A stretch of 64,000 nucleotides of DNA, filler included, from Dirinaria sp. TL-2023a (GCA_051941275.1; 4 parts of 4 records of this genome joined end to end with filler, not necessarily neighbours in it), one strand, 5' to 3'. Positions 25,580 through 39,200 are shown, numbered from the whole stretch's first letter. Program-made: numbers and translations. Notes: generated by a model not told the origin, from the letters alone.

Positions 25580-28007
25580 ATGGCTGCTGCCGTCAGTCCC
25601 GAACATGAGCACCTGTCCTCGGATTCTGGACATGCCCACTCCTCGCGCCCTTCGACTCCCCTGAACATTCGCCCTATAGCCGCATCACGAGAGATGTCGT
25701 CGCCATCCATGACCACAAGACAGAACGGCCGCGCCATGTCGCCCACCAGGAACGATGAGCCGGACCCGAGACAATCTCTAAAGCATGTGCTTACGCCGAA
25801 CGATGCTCCCGTTAAGCGCCCTCGTTCTAAAGAATCTTCAGCGCAAGGGAAATCGAGCAAAGCACAGAAGAACATGATCTGGATTCATGAAGGTGGTAGT
25901 GACCCAACAGAGACCGAGACCAGTGTACAGAACGATTCGTATACTCGGGCAGCGGAAGTCAATCCCTCATATACTATGACTGTTGCGCATACGCGGCGGA
26001 ATGCCAATGGAACTGTGGGCTCGGTCTACTCTGGCAATAAAATCAGACATTTGAAGAAGGAGGATGGTATCCCATTGTGGCGGAAAGACATCCAATTCTC
26101 ATTCCTGCGAGCCGTATTCGAGGATCAGACTGCTGTATTCACGAAAGCTTTCGATGGAACGAAAGGGCACACATTCGCTGACATCTACATTGATGCTATG
26201 GCAAGGAGCAGCAAAACGAGCAAGATTCTGAAAGAGAAGCTCTTGTCGGAGCGCACAGCAGCGCTCAATATGGCCATGGTCTGCTTGCTCGTCAACGTGG
26301 GACGAATGAACACTACTTTGAATTGTAAGGTCGCCAAAAGGAGAGACAGCACGACTTCTGCTGATCGTTGACAGTCTTCCCTGAAATGCGCGCTCAATTG
26401 AGGACATACCACGCTATACCATGTCTCCAGGCTCATCAAGATCCTATTGCTTATAAACAATTGCAAGATGCGCCCCGCCTTAAGTCCATCCTAAAAGGTG
26501 CCTCGGAAGATGTAAACCAGCCCAACTCCCTTGACAAAATCAAGTCCATGCCAATCCCTCGCACCAACCCCGTCAATTTAATATTTGTGCTGTCGCAGTA
26601 CGCGCCTAAAATATCAGAAACGCACTTTTTCCCTCCCCGGGACTTCTTCGACTTAGTTATGCGGGGCACGCTGAGCAGCAAGAGCAGGGCAAAGGCTTTC
26701 TTATGGCTGATCTGGTTTTACTTGGAGAGTGACTTCTCAGGTCATGCGGCAGAGATCAATCCGTTCGGCCCAGGGCAGGTTGGAGAGGGGACCGGCGGCC
26801 TTCCACTTAAAGTTCCTAAATTTGACCATCTGACCGAGGCGCAAGCGGATGCTGAGAATGTCGACACAGAAGCCGAAAAAGCATATGGAGAGAGGAAGAG
26901 ACAGGAAAGAATTCGTATACTTGAAGAAGACGCAACGGTTGGACCGCCTCTGAAGAAAGCTAAGAAAGGTACACTTGCCCTGCAAATTTGAATCGTATCC
27001 AATTTTATCTAATGACATGACATCTAGGGAGCAACGCCCCGAACGATATTCTCACATCTGATGTAGATCGCACACGGTCACCCTCACCTGCCGCCGATTA
27101 CGCCGATTCTTTCTATTCCGTGCAGCGCCCGGCTGGTGTAAAACATGAAGTGCCGGGGGACAGCCTTCCAGCATTCCAACCCATCAACCGGGATGTACCT
27201 TATCAGGGATCAGACTCCACACCGTCACAGCGATTAGTTTTAAAGACTCGGCCATACCGTATACATGGCGCTTCCCCTGCACCAGGGCGTGGCTCAAGTC
27301 AGCCGCCCGTGAACAATGCCCACGGCAGTGGAGCTGGATCAAGGCGTTCACGGCCCGAGACTTCTCACCAGAAGGCTGTCAATATTAATCGGAGAATGCG
27401 AATTGATCGCATCTTATTTGAGAAACTCACAGTGGAGCATCGGCGTGTACGCGCTACGCGGAAAAGGCAAGGGCGTACGGGCATCTTTAGAGCCATGAGG
27501 CGTATCCGTAACTTGCCGGACAACTACGACACAGAAGATGAGGATACATGGGGTCCTGGGGGACTGTTCCCGGAACGAGAGGAGTTGGAGGACTACGGGG
27601 AAGAGGCTACCTATGTCAGGAAGATACTGGACAGGGCTGTACGACGGTTAACGCGAGAACTGAACGAGGGCACTGTGAACGGATCGAAGAGAGAGCACCG
27701 CAAGCGAAAGCGAAAACCAGAGAACGTCCCCATGAACGACGGCCAATACGGGTTCAAGCCCCGGAAACGTAGCAGATTCAATGAGGATGATCGTCGCTCG
27801 AGAGGTGGAGGACGTCGCAGGCATGAAGTGGCGGATGATGGGTTGGATGACCTGGACCTTGACCTGCTGGGTGAGAGTCGGGAGGAGGAACCGCTGGAGG
27901 CAGAGACGGAAGGTGAGAGTGGTGGGGTTGGTGGTGGTGGTGGTGGTGGTGGTGAAGCGGATAGCGGAGACGACATGACCGAGGACGAGACGGTGGAAGT
28001 TGCTTGA
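25580..28007 (+). CDS. IES1: INO80 chromatin remodelling complex subunit Ies1 (two introns)
   Basis: GSVYSGNKIRHLKKEDGIPLWRKDIQ, VNVGRMNTTLN|FFPEMRAQLRTYH, KQLQDAPRLKSILKG, PRTNPVNLIF, FLWLIWFYLES; acidic/Gly tail including a (GGT)n run at ~27927-27953. Confidence 0.88.
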
Positions 28008-28996
28008 AGACGCTTGAAGATGCTTTTCATACTTAAGTCGCTATCTGGGAAGCTATTTTGTACGTGCGCCAATGGTGCATGGGGTTACGCAATGACGGCT
28101 GGGTCGTGATACATCATTTTTGTTGTACCTACTTTACCTTACCTTACTTTCACTGCAGCAATGATCTGAGCTTCGTCCAACACCGAGTGCCACCAAGCAT
28201 GCGAGGTATGGATAATTTCTCCATACGGATTATGCAGTATCAGGGAGTCTTGCATGGAATTGGTCCCCTTATGACGTGGTGTGCCATTGCAACACCTTAC
28301 TTTACATGTATGTAGGCTACAGTTACAGTATCTACCTTAGCTCCTAAGGCAAGGTACGTCAGCCTTTGCCGAAGGTGGGCTGAGGGACGTTGGGTTATCT
28401 ATCTGCCTTCCATTTACCTTCAAGGCCCTCGTCCAAATTTTCAGCCGGTTGTTTGCTTCGGCTCTTGGACAGACACAAAACGGCGGGCCGGATGTCGGAC
28501 GATCTCTGCACGATCGGCCGGAACGGAAGCGGGAAAACTAAAGGAGAGAGAGCGAGAGGGAGAGAGAAGAAAGGGAGAGGAAAAAAATGCTCCGGTGTTC
28601 ATGTTCACATGCATTTGAACGCGCCATCAAGCGCTTTCGGATTGGACCCTTTCATTATTATGCAGTCATTCCTTCCATCTTACATGGATCATTGGCCATG
28701 TCAGCTCCGACTCCTCACCGACTTCATCACAGTACGAGTACGAGTAAGGTACAAGCTACATACTTTGATCCTCTGTCTCCCTCGCTATTGGGAATGGGAA
28801 GATCCGCTACGTCATTGGTTTAATCTGTAATATCTACAAACATCTCATTGGTGTTATACCCGGCCAGGCTGACGTTTATATCTGCTTTATTCAAAGCCAT
28901 CCCTAAAACCTTCCAGCACCAAATGCTCATGACCGCCCACGATCATTAAATGCGAAGCCTTTACGAAATAAGATTTCCCAATTGCATTCAGGCGAG

Positions 28997-30148
28997 ATGA
29001 CGAGTACTTCACCAGTTCTCCGGCCGATTCCCCGGCGGAATTTCGACTTGACCGCATCGTCGACGACCTCTTCCAGTCCCAAAACTCCGTCACCCACAAG
29101 CGAGAGGATCGACTACCCACAGTCGGGCCAGGGGACGCCGAAGTTCAACAGAACACGGTCGATCCTCAATTTGACCTCATCGACCTTGTTCGGCATTTAC
29201 TCCCCCTCCGAAGACTTATCGACGCCTTGGGGCAATGGTGCTCAGACACCCGCGTGGAGGGGAAGCCTGGACGACAACAGACCGCCGGTTATTGGCGCTT
29301 ATATAACCCCTGCCCTGCTGAAAGCGCATCCACGCAATCAATTCGTCGTTCGCGATACATTCATTTCACTCTTGCTCCGTACCGGTCTGCTCTTCATCCT
29401 TGGCATAGCTTATGGAGTAATTATCATTCATCTGCATGACGACCATCGGCTGGCTCCGGTCAAGGTTGCTGGGATCGAACGATATTCGTCCTGGTACCTG
29501 CTGACGTGGGGTGTAGCCGGCGTCTTGCTTGGTAACCTGTTGCCGTGGGTGGACACGTTCTGGGAAGAGACTGCTACAAAGGACCAGGAGTCGTATATGA
29601 ATGTGAGAGATGAGAAAGACCATATTGGGCCTTCTGGTCCGGGCGAAAATGAGGACGAAGGGCATCCGCCTCGGTCCGAAGGAGGGGACGGCGCAGATTG
29701 GACGCTCGTCATTCGAAGTATAGGAGCATTCATCGGGATTGCCCTGGCTATAGTAAGATCACTTGCCAATGATTTGTGGTACAGAAAGCTAACTTCACTG
29801 CAGAGGAGACTTCCCTGGGAATCCACGCTTCAAGCCTCACTGACACTCGCTCTGGTCAACCCAGTGCTATGGTATTCAGTAGACCGCTCAAAACCAGGAT
29901 TTGTGCTATCAACGATAGTCGGCATTGCAGGCACTGCAATCGCACTGCTCATTAACCCTAACATGGTGCCCTCCCCAGCCCCGAATGCGGTTCGTGGCTT
30001 GCACCGCAGCGCGGGTCCCATCAGCAATGAGAGCATCGCAGTCAGCACTTGGATAGCGAGCGTCCTGTTCTGCAGCAGCGTATGTTTTGGCAACATTGGA
30101 CGAATGCTATCCCTGGGTCATCAGGAGCGAAGAATGAGCACTCCATAG
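28997..30148 (+). CDS. INSIG-domain membrane protein (Nsg1/Nsg2-like sterol regulator); 51-nt intron 29753-29803
   Basis: RTRSILNLTSSTLFGIYSP, WGVAGVLLGNLLPWVD, VIRSIGAFIGIALAI|RRLPWESTLQASLTLALVNPVLW, VLFCSSVCFGNIGR. Confidence 0.88.
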   Translation: MTSTSPVLRPIPRRNFDLTASSTTSSSPKTPSPTSERIDYPQSGQGTPKFNRTRSILNLTSSTLFGIYSPSEDLSTPWGNGAQTPAWRGSLDDNRPPVIGAYITPALLKAHPRNQFVVRDTFISLLLRTGLLFILGIAYGVIIIHLHDDHRLAPVKVAGIERYSSWYLLTWGVAGVLLGNLLPWVDTFWEETATKDQESYMNVRDEKDHIGPSGPGENEDEGHPPRSEGGDGADWTLVIRSIGAFIGIALAIVRSLANDLWYRKLTSLQRRLPWESTLQASLTLALVNPVLWYSVDRSKPGFVLSTIVGIAGTAIALLINPNMVPSPAPNAVRGLHRSAGPISNESIAVSTWIASVLFCSSVCFGNIGRMLSLGHQERRMSTP

Positions 30149-30211
30149 AGTATGCGACGGTCGGGTTTTGGGTATCGCCTGCGATGCATGCATCATCAGT
30201 CAAGAAAGCTG

Positions 30212-30286
30212 TCTTTTTCTTTTTCTTCTTCTTTTTTTTCTTTTTTTTTTTCCTTTTCCTTTTTTGGCCTCTGCTTTTTTTTTTCC
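30212..30286. repeat. Poly-T/pyrimidine low-complexity tract in the INSIG 3' flank
   Basis: Long T runs interrupted by C. Confidence 0.8.
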
Positions 30287-31468
30287 GGGTTTCTCAGCCT
30301 ATGCTTACATTGATGATTAAAAGTTTCGATTCGAGTTCCGGTAGAATCATGACCGTGGGGGAAAGGATGGGCGGCATTCTTCGCATTTATCAGTTTAAGT
30401 GTGTCATATCGCGAATCTGCAACCGCCAAAATATAAAAAGGAAAAAGACAGCGCATCTTGATGCGACGCGGCTATCGATGGACCTTAGCTCACACGAGAG
30501 TTTTGAATTTTGAGGCAATCCTCATGGTATCTTTTCGTCCATGTCACACGATTGTAAGACGGTCGCTTCATTGTTGCTCAGATGTCATTGTAGCGGATTC
30601 ACTTTTTTACCTCTCCCTGTATACCACGATATTGAATGCAATGAAGCTGGTGCTTATTTGCCTAGCGATATATCTGCAGATGAGCCCTTTTATGAAGTTA
30701 CCGACGGTATATGTATATTTACATGTTTGATCTCAAGGATTTTTGATGTAGAGAGACTGAGCTTGGTAACGCTGAATTCTAAGGTTGATAGGTCAAGCCA
30801 ACGACTGAACGCGTGGAGCAGAATATCTCCACGATAGAAAAGACTTGAAAAAGCTCTCCACCTCACATTCTCCATGAAAACACACACACTCGCTTGGCTA
30901 CCAGTTTCTCGTTCGCGCCTGATAAATTTGTACAGCCAATCATTGCGGCCCTCCCCACAGTGCAGAAAGGGGAGCACCGCACCCAAGATCAACGGTGCAG
31001 AAGAAAAACTGCTTGGGTCTCCGATCTCGTAGACGGTTTCCTCGGTCCTGGAGACTACATGGGGTGTAGATCTTCTCGAAGGAAATGCTTTTATTGAGAT
31101 CGTGGATTGTTTGTTTTTTGCGTTGTATATGGAGAGGAAAGGTGGTTTAGCTGAGAAGTGAACTTGGATAAATGGATTGAATTCGGTTAGATACAGCCGA
31201 ACAACGCTAGATTAGCGTGTGCGGGAGATATCATAAGTACCTAGTGAATAGCAATCAACATTGCATCATGCCGCATGTAAACATTTTACGAATTTAAGAT
31301 CCTTTACTCTGATTTCCTTTCCTAAGACATTATCGCTTGCAGCCACCGAGCAATTATATCCCCATTACTGAGGCGCATGCATCTATTGCTATCCACATTG
31401 CTCGATTGAATTATCTGTGCATATCTAAAGCCTTGAACGTAAATCCTTGAAACTGCTATTAAGCCGCA

Positions 31469-33467
31469 ATGGGCAACGAGGAAGTTCAGCGGACGGGTAG
31501 GTCCAACTTATGCTCAAGCTCTTACTCAGGCTCATTGAGTGCTGACTGAATTCAAGCTATTTTGTCGGTCTACGACAAAACCGGTCTACTCGATCTAGCG
31601 AAGGGCCTGATTAAAAACAATATTCGGCTGCTCGCCTCTGGAGGTACCGCAAAGCTCATCCGGGAAGCAGGTTTCAATGTAGAGTAAGCAGCGACTAAGC
31701 GGCCTTTGATGGGCTTAGAATTGACTTGTCTTAATAGCGATATCTCAGCTATTACCAAAGCCCCAGAGATGCTGTCAGGCCGAGTGAAAACCCTACATCC
31801 TGCAGTACATGCCGGCATCCTTGCGCGAGATTCGGCGTCAGATGAGAAGGACTTGGCGGAGCAGAATATCCAAAAGGTCGATTACGTCGTCTGTAACCTC
31901 TACCCATTCAAGGACACCATCGAGAAGATAAATGTTACCATTCCAGAAGCAGTGGAGGAAATTGATGTCGGCGGCGTCACCCTCATACGCGCGGCTGCAA
32001 AAAATCATTCCCGAGTGACCATCCTGAGTGATCCGGCAGACTATCCGGAGTTCTTAAAGGCACTCGACAAGGGCGAGATTGTGGACTCGACGCGCCAGCT
32101 GTATGCTTTGAAGGCGTTCGAACACACGGCGGACTACGACGCAACCATAGCAGATTTCTTCCGCAAGCGATATGCGGGCGATGGGCTTCAGCACATCTCT
32201 CTCCGGTATGGTGCAAATCCGCATCAGAAGCCTGCGTCCGCATTTTCTAAGACGGGCCAATTACCGTTCAAAGTCCTCGGAGGCGCTCCTGGTTATATCA
32301 ATCTCATGGACTGCTTAAACGCGTGGCCCCTTGTCAAAGAATTGAAACAAGCTCTCGACATGCCAGCTGCCGCCAGCTTCAAGCACGTCTCGCCCGCTGG
32401 GGCAGCCATCGGCGTTCCGTTAAGTGAGGTGGAGCGGAAGGTCAACATGGTGGACGATATCGAAGGTCTTGAGAGCTCCCGCCTAGCACAAGCTTATGCT
32501 CGCGCACGAGGTGCAGACCGAATGTCGAGTTTCGGGGACATCATTGCGTTGTCGGATGAAGTTGACCTTCCCACCGCCAAGATAATATCACGCGAGGTCT
32601 CCGATGGCGTTATTGCCCCGTCATATTCTCCCGAAGCGCTCGAAATCTTGACGAAAAAGAAAGCAGGCAAGTATCTGGTCCTGCAAATGGACGAAACGTA
32701 CGAGCCTCCACTGTTTGAGACAAGGAGCGTATACGGTGTTCAATTACTTCAACACCGCAACGATGTACAGATTAGACCCAAGGATACTTTCAACTCCATC
32801 ATTACCCCCAAAGATTCCCTTCCCCTGCCCGATTCTGCCCTGCGAGATCTCACCGTAGCCACCACAGCCCTAAAGTATACACAGTCCAATTCCGTTTGTT
32901 ACGCGATTAACGGCCAGGTCATTGGTCTCGGCGCTGGCCAGCAGTCGCGGATACATTGCACGCGGTTAGCAGGCGACAAAGCCGATAATTGGTGGATGAG
33001 GTTTCACGAGCGAGCGTTGAATATCAAGTGGAAGAAAGGCACGAAGCGAGCCGAGAAAAGCAACGCCATCGACATGCTGTGCAGCGGGCAACTACCCAGG
33101 GAAGGCGCGGAGAAGGAAGATTATGAAAAGAACTTCGACGAGGTCCCGAAACCGTTCAGCGCGGAAGAGAGGGTGGAATGGATAAACAAGCTCAAAGAAG
33201 TTTGCGTGTCGAGCGATGCCTTCGTAAGTGTTTCTTTCTCACACCCGAGAAAACATCTATCTGCCTTCCGTCCGATTTTGGAGGAAAGTGTGCTAATTTA
33301 TTTAACCACAGTTCCCGTTCATTGATAATGTGCTGCGCGCAGGCAGATCAGGCGTCAAGTATATCGCTGCCCCCGCAGGCAGTCAGAATGACTCGATGGT
33401 TTTCGCGACTGCGGAGAAGCTGGGTATCACTTTCGTGGAGCAGAATGTGCGCCTCTTTCACCATTGA
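31469..33467 (+). CDS. ADE17: Bifunctional AICAR transformylase/IMP cyclohydrolase (PurH; Ade16/17); three introns
   Basis: [82 protein letters not shown]. Confidence 0.96.
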
Positions 33468-33486
33468 GCCCCCGAAGGTCCGTAGA

Positions 33487-33586
33487 NNNNNNNNNNNNNN
33501 NNNNNNNNNNNNNNNNNNNNNNNNNNNNNNTTAATTAATTAANNNNNNNNNNNNNNNNNNNNNNNNNNNNNNNNNNNNNNNNNNNN
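33487..33586. other. Artificial contig spacer
   Basis: N-run with the TTAATTAATTAA linker, 100 nt. Confidence 0.97.
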
Positions 33587-34675
33587 CTAATCACCCTTAC
33601 GAAGCACATCATACTCCTCGACTATCAGATTTTCTTTCCTTTGTAGCAATGAGAAAGCCCTTCACTTTCTATGTCTACTATCATAGAAATTTAAGCCTAA
33701 GAGAACGGGAAAGGCAAGAAGATGTAGTAGGAGAGAGTCTCGGTTCGATATTCATAGCCTTGGGGAGGACTTGTGTTATAATGAGTTTGGGTTTTAGATT
33801 AGGAAGGTAGCTGCAGAGCGTGAGGAAGTGTATTGGGATATTTTATGAAGGGGTTTGGTTTCGGGAATTTTGCTTCTCAGTATTTTCACGCTGAATTGTT
33901 TTGAAGCGTATGCTGAAGATTCTCTTCTGTACATCTTTCAGCGAACAAGGAAGGTTCGCGGCCTGAATAGTGTCGTGCTATTTTTCTGGCTCTGCTTCTA
34001 TCAGACTGCTTGTTTTGGGGGATTAGTTTAAGGGAGCGGATTGAGTGCTCTGAAATCATGACTGAAGTGATGGAGGAGGTGATTGAAGTTAAATTGTGTT
34101 CACACAAGCAGCAATTAAGGCAATTAATCAAGCAGTATGCATTGATTCTATGTGAACTACCTAAGAAAGAAAGAAAACATGCTGATGAAAAGAAATCTAT
34201 TTGTGTGAGAAATTAGATGGTACTAGGCCTAATAAGGCTAGTCCACGGTATGGAGTTAGGCCGGTTGCCTGGTTGACCATTTACAACACCAACAAATTGA
34301 AAATTTAGTAGGTAAGAGAATGCCAAGACATCCCACAGGCCGGCGCCATCAAGTAGGATACCATATCGCAAAAGTGTTTTGGATACGCTGCATCGAGCTC
34401 GCTTTACGCATACATATTGGCATCACCAGATGAAGGATCCTTGACTCTCATCAGGTGTCTTAGAGGGCGACTATTAGAGTTATCCGCGCGTGTGTGTACT
34501 ATGTAGTGCATCACATGATCAAATTCAAAGTTTAGCGCCGTTGCTCCGTGCAACAGAAAGCTCCCACACCTGAGTGTACGTGTACCCGAAAACACCATCA
34601 TCAGCGACCCGCCTACCGGGAACCCTTTTTACACTATTTAAACCACCAGTCTATGGACTCACCGTGTCTGCGCAA

Positions 34676-36250
34676 ATGTCTAAGTTTGATATCCTATCAG
34701 CAGTTGAGGCCCAGTCTTCAAGTGCGACTTCGACCCACGGCGTCGAGATTTGGTTGGACGATCAGCCGCTGCCGGCAGACTACGAAGCGGTCGCTGATGG
34801 CGCAGCGGCGCGTTCTTCCGACAAGAAGAGGCAACCTGCTACCCATAAGCAATTAAAAGGACGCCGAAAGAAGCATCAAAAGCTGTCCGAGATTCCTGTC
34901 AACATCATGAGTTCATCGGAGGGCCGCATCACTCGTAGTAAAGGTGCCAAGCTCAAGGAAAGCCCCGCCAAGCACCAGTCCAAGTCTAGAGAGCGTGTTC
35001 CTTCGACCCCGAAAAACCGTCGGCGTGAATCCGACGAATGGGAAGATCCCACTCCGAAAGCTCAAGTGGATCCTTTCGTGTCCAAGCCGCCGCTTCCTAC
35101 TCCGTCACGTGACGACCGGCAGCCATCTCATGCAAGCTCCGCGGCGTCGTCGAGTGTCCACCCCGATTCATCAGTGTCGAATGTGTCTAAACGATCGAAG
35201 AGTCCCACAAAGCGGGACTTTGACTTGAAGCTCACCGATATTTCGGTTGATTGGAAACTATTCAGCTATTCAAGATCATCGCTCTCCAAAAAGGCCAGCG
35301 ATCTGCTCAGGGATTTAGAACGTATCGCAGATGGGAGACAGGTCATACCAATAGCTGTTGAAAACATGTTCAAACAGTACATGAAAGATGTAGCCAATAA
35401 AGAGCTTGATGACCACGACCCTCGCCTGTTCTCATCACCGGATTCCGCCGGAGATCTATCGCCAAAGCCAGGCGATCTGAGTCACGAAGTGTTCTTCGAC
35501 ATGGCGGTGAGGGTTCTTCGAGCTGCAGGGCGATGCAGGGTGCATGAGGTCTCTGAGCCCCAGTGGAATAGTGCCGTGCACTTTCGGATTTTGGATCTCG
35601 CTCTGGAGAGCTCGTGGCTACCCAAAGGCGTCTGGTTTCAAGATATCAGCGCTGCGCGGATCACGGACGAGTCTTTGTTGCCTAGGATATCCTCCCAATC
35701 CAAGGTTATGCAAAGTCAAATGGTAGATTACGCTATGGTCATTCAGCCTTCGGAAGCCCTTGAAGAGCGGATCAGGTCCAAACTGGTGGCGAAATCCGCC
35801 TACAGCATTAACCAGACTGACACAAAATCTTTACGTTTTTCGCCAATTGCACTGAGCATCGAAACCAAGCGCGCTGCCATCGAGGAGGACAAAGCCAGGA
35901 CCCAGCTGGAGGCCTGGGTGTCGGCCCATTTCGCGAAACTCAGGCAGCTGATCGGCGGAGATTCGACTGTGCCCTTCCTTCCCCTTATCATGGCACAGGG
36001 TAACAAGTGGCACTTTTTGATAGCGGAAATGGCGGATAGGAAGGGACCGGCGGGTGTCAAAAAGAGAATCTTCATATACGAAGATCATGAACTTGGTCAT
36101 ACCAAATCGCTACTGGGTGTCTATCAACTTTTGGCCGCCATCCAGCGACTGGCGAAGTGGATAGACGAGGAATATCGACCCTGGTTCGAGAGTCAGGTGC
36201 TGGGCATGGAGTCAGAGCAGAACGGTAATCGGCCAATCGCTGAATCCTAA
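34676..36250 (+). CDS. Fungal PD-(D/E)XK nuclease-like protein with a disordered Ser/Pro/Lys-rich N-terminus, intronless
   Basis: SEPQWNSAVH, MVDYAM, SINQT..LRFSPIALSIETKR, QLEAW.SAHF, FLPLIMAQGNKW, LGHT.SLLGVYQL, EYRPWF. First good ATG at 34676 follows TATTTAAA (~34635); the ORF is open from 34574. Confidence 0.8.
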   Translation: MSKFDILSAVEAQSSSATSTHGVEIWLDDQPLPADYEAVADGAAARSSDKKRQPATHKQLKGRRKKHQKLSEIPVNIMSSSEGRITRSKGAKLKESPAKHQSKSRERVPSTPKNRRRESDEWEDPTPKAQVDPFVSKPPLPTPSRDDRQPSHASSAASSSVHPDSSVSNVSKRSKSPTKRDFDLKLTDISVDWKLFSYSRSSLSKKASDLLRDLERIADGRQVIPIAVENMFKQYMKDVANKELDDHDPRLFSSPDSAGDLSPKPGDLSHEVFFDMAVRVLRAAGRCRVHEVSEPQWNSAVHFRILDLALESSWLPKGVWFQDISAARITDESLLPRISSQSKVMQSQMVDYAMVIQPSEALEERIRSKLVAKSAYSINQTDTKSLRFSPIALSIETKRAAIEEDKARTQLEAWVSAHFAKLRQLIGGDSTVPFLPLIMAQGNKWHFLIAEMADRKGPAGVKKRIFIYEDHELGHTKSLLGVYQLLAAIQRLAKWIDEEYRPWFESQVLGMESEQNGNRPIAES

Positions 36251-39200
36251 AGATATTAGACCATTTAAAAAATTAAGAAAAAAATAGAATAAAATTAGAA
36301 TTAAGATAAAACGGATTTGCAATTAACAATTCTCACAGTGGAATTAGACTCCAGAGTCCTTTACAGGGCTCGCTCGGGCCGGCCTTGGTGACCATATTGA
36401 GCCCTAGTCCAGCCCCCGGGGGGCGCCAGAAGCGCTCGTCCGCGTCTTTTTGATATCACCAAACGCTTTCTTTCCAATTTCCTTCAGTATCTACCACCTT
36501 GTTCTACTTCACTTAAAAAAACCGCGTATACTCCCGAGCTCGAGTTGTCGGTTTCCTTTCGCTTTCTTGGATCGTGAAGAAGATTTTTTGTCTATATCAT
36601 GCAAGCCACGTATTTCAGAACCAGTACCGGACTGTGTGAAGCGGCGCTACATGACCGTGCAATCCTAGCGTCATTCGGATGCGTTGACTCCCTAGTACTT
36701 CTCAATCGACCGATGTTTGTGTCTCCCAGAAGCGCAATTGACTGAGGTACTCGTATGTACATGTTACCCGTAACTTGATATTGGCTCCGGTCGGTCGGCG
36801 CGCGCCGATCGGCCCGCAACCACTAAACTATGCGCAAAGTTTCTGCACAATGCTTGACGAAGATCGCGTAGCTCACTAGATGTAGGTTAATGCGATGAAG
36901 ATCTAGATTCCCGCCGCTAGTATCCCATCCGCGCGAAGACGATGCACGTACATGCAAGTTAGTCGAGCAGCCGACAGCTCAAAGATGTGCACGCGTGGGG
37001 GCACGACGTCGATAGCTGGGCTGTATGAGGGATTTTGTTTTCGATTTGATAATTTAGGTATAGGTTGTGGAGTTCGTATAGGACTTTCCTAGGTTGAAAG
37101 GCAGCGAGGGAGAGCCGAGGATTAAAGTGCTTTGGCGGCACCGGCATTGAATTTGCTTAAGGTTGGTTGTAGCACTTGTTCAGCCATGCCATCGAAGTGT
37201 GCTCTGCAGCTTCATCCGAATATTCAGTGTTGACTCTATCCTTGGGACGCGCGAGATTTATCGCTGAGTGATGAGCTGATGAAAGAATCCGGGTGATGCG
37301 CAGTGCTCTCTGGTATCGGGACATGATAGGCTGTTGTCAATAAAGAGAGGTTGGCGGCATGCCGCATTCATATTTTGGTGCTGCTTTGGGAACAGAGGCT
37401 CATATCCTGCGAGGAAGGGGCACCATGGACCATGGGGCTGCATTCATTGCCATAATTGGGCGATCGTCGGCTGAAGGTTGATCAGACTCTTTCAGCTGCG
37501 GATCCTCCATGTTGTGGTGTGCTCTTAAAGATCTTGCTGAAGATATGACTGGGGGTTGGTCCTCATTCCTGCCATAAAAATTAGTGGTAAGCCTATGGAT
37601 AAGAAGTCTGATAGTACTGAGCCTCTAGGCTGACCCGCATATAGAGACCAAAATTTAATACCCAGGTCCTAACTTCATCGCCAGGCAAAGCTGCTCTTCC
37701 TACCATGAGTATCCTTCCAGCCGACAACGACTAAGCTATTCCCATGTCTGGCCCTGTTTAACCGGCGCCGGTGCTCGGGAATCCTTTCAAGTCTCAAGTA
37801 ATCGCTGCTAGTAACACGGCGACACCTCGATAAGAGCTAGTGAGATTGTTGGTACTCGGTAAAATGGAATGAGAGCCTTGGCCCTGGTGGTTGGATCAAG
37901 GTAAGCTGGGTATGCGATTCGATCCTGAAGGTGATAATCACCGGCAAATGCATGTCCATTCAGCTTGAAGCCCAATTTTGATTAAGCCAGGAGTGTAGGC
38001 AATATTTTTCTCGGTGGAAGTAATGGCAAAAGTCACATGTGTGTAGTCGGTCATAGATATGGTAACAGGTCCCTCTGGGGAGATGTGGTGGATGTAGGTA
38101 GGAGGTAAACAGCGACCTTGTGCGTCTGTATGTAGCCGAATCAGCTGGTTTATCGGTTGGGCTTCCTCCATGCTAGGTCAATGACAAGAATTCTGGCGAT
38201 GCCCATGGACTTGAACACGTAGTGGAGATAATGTAAGTCTTGGTCGGCGAAGCGTCGAAACAATCACGTTGTAGTTGTAGACATTTGTTCCAAGCTGTCG
38301 TTTTGGATGTCAGGTCGATGGAATACCGGAGAAGTATTGGCCCTTATCACAGTCGTGAGATGCTGCTCGTAATGACTAATTGCGGGTATAACATGATATT
38401 TCAGAGAGAAGCTCGAATTTGCTCCCAACTCGAGATCAGAACTTGGAATCCAGAACGATTCGGAAATTTGCCGTGGGACACGAGATTCCGGCAGTGAAGT
38501 CGAGCTGAGACGGGGGAGCCGGCAGCCTTGCGACCGTCTAAGCTCCTTCTAGCGCCACGTATGTCAGTCCATCAATTCTCAATGCTACATCGCAACAAGT
38601 GATAAAAACCGAACACGCCGGGGGAAGCTGGGACGCTGGTATTCACACGAACTTTGCATGTCCATAGTCGTATTGCAGAGTGGATGAAGCAGGGTACAGG
38701 CAACATGGAATCAGCGAACCGACCCTGGGTTGATTGAAAGTCAATCCCTGCTGTGAAGTCTGCTGGAAACGCACAAATTTCACTTTCAGAGTCTCATAAA
38801 GTACATGGACTGCGTGGATGTGCACTGAATTCTTTGCGAATCCGCGAGCTGCATCCTAGGGGTAGAGCCGAAAGTACGTAGCGCACACTTCACTAGTTCC
38901 TAAGACTGGTTTGCAGAGACCAAGTTAGGATAACCCCTGACGGCGCTTCCTGTGTCAAATAGGTGCCCAAACTCGCTACAGGTACCTTACCTTATCTATC
39001 CAATGGCGCGTGCGGACAACGCGCGTTTCGGGCCGCTTTCGAAAAAGCAAGACTAAAGGTAATATCGTCTCCGGGTGATACTGCCAGGCTCCAATCGCCG
39101 CAATGCTACCCCTTCCTGCTTGTAGGGATTGGGCATTCGACTGGTGATGCCTAGAATTTGATGCTTCAATCGAACGGCAGCAGACTACGGTACATCGCAG

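Noticed and set aside
29753..29803. Apparent insertion within the INSIG ORF
   Set aside because: Ordinary 51-nt stop-free GT-AG intron with a CTAAC branch site.
30049..30513. Poly-Phe and poly-Lys/Glu ORFs
   Set aside because: Translations of the poly-T tract in the INSIG 3' flank.
36395..36430. Hairpin plus CTAG resembling a Helitron 3' end (minus strand)
   Set aside because: Not followed by the expected T, and no Rep/helicase sequence or 5' terminus was found.
37600..37800. Possible P-loop/AAA (BCS1-like) remnant on the minus strand
   Set aside because: Only a loose GRKSSF-like word with no supporting motifs in frame.
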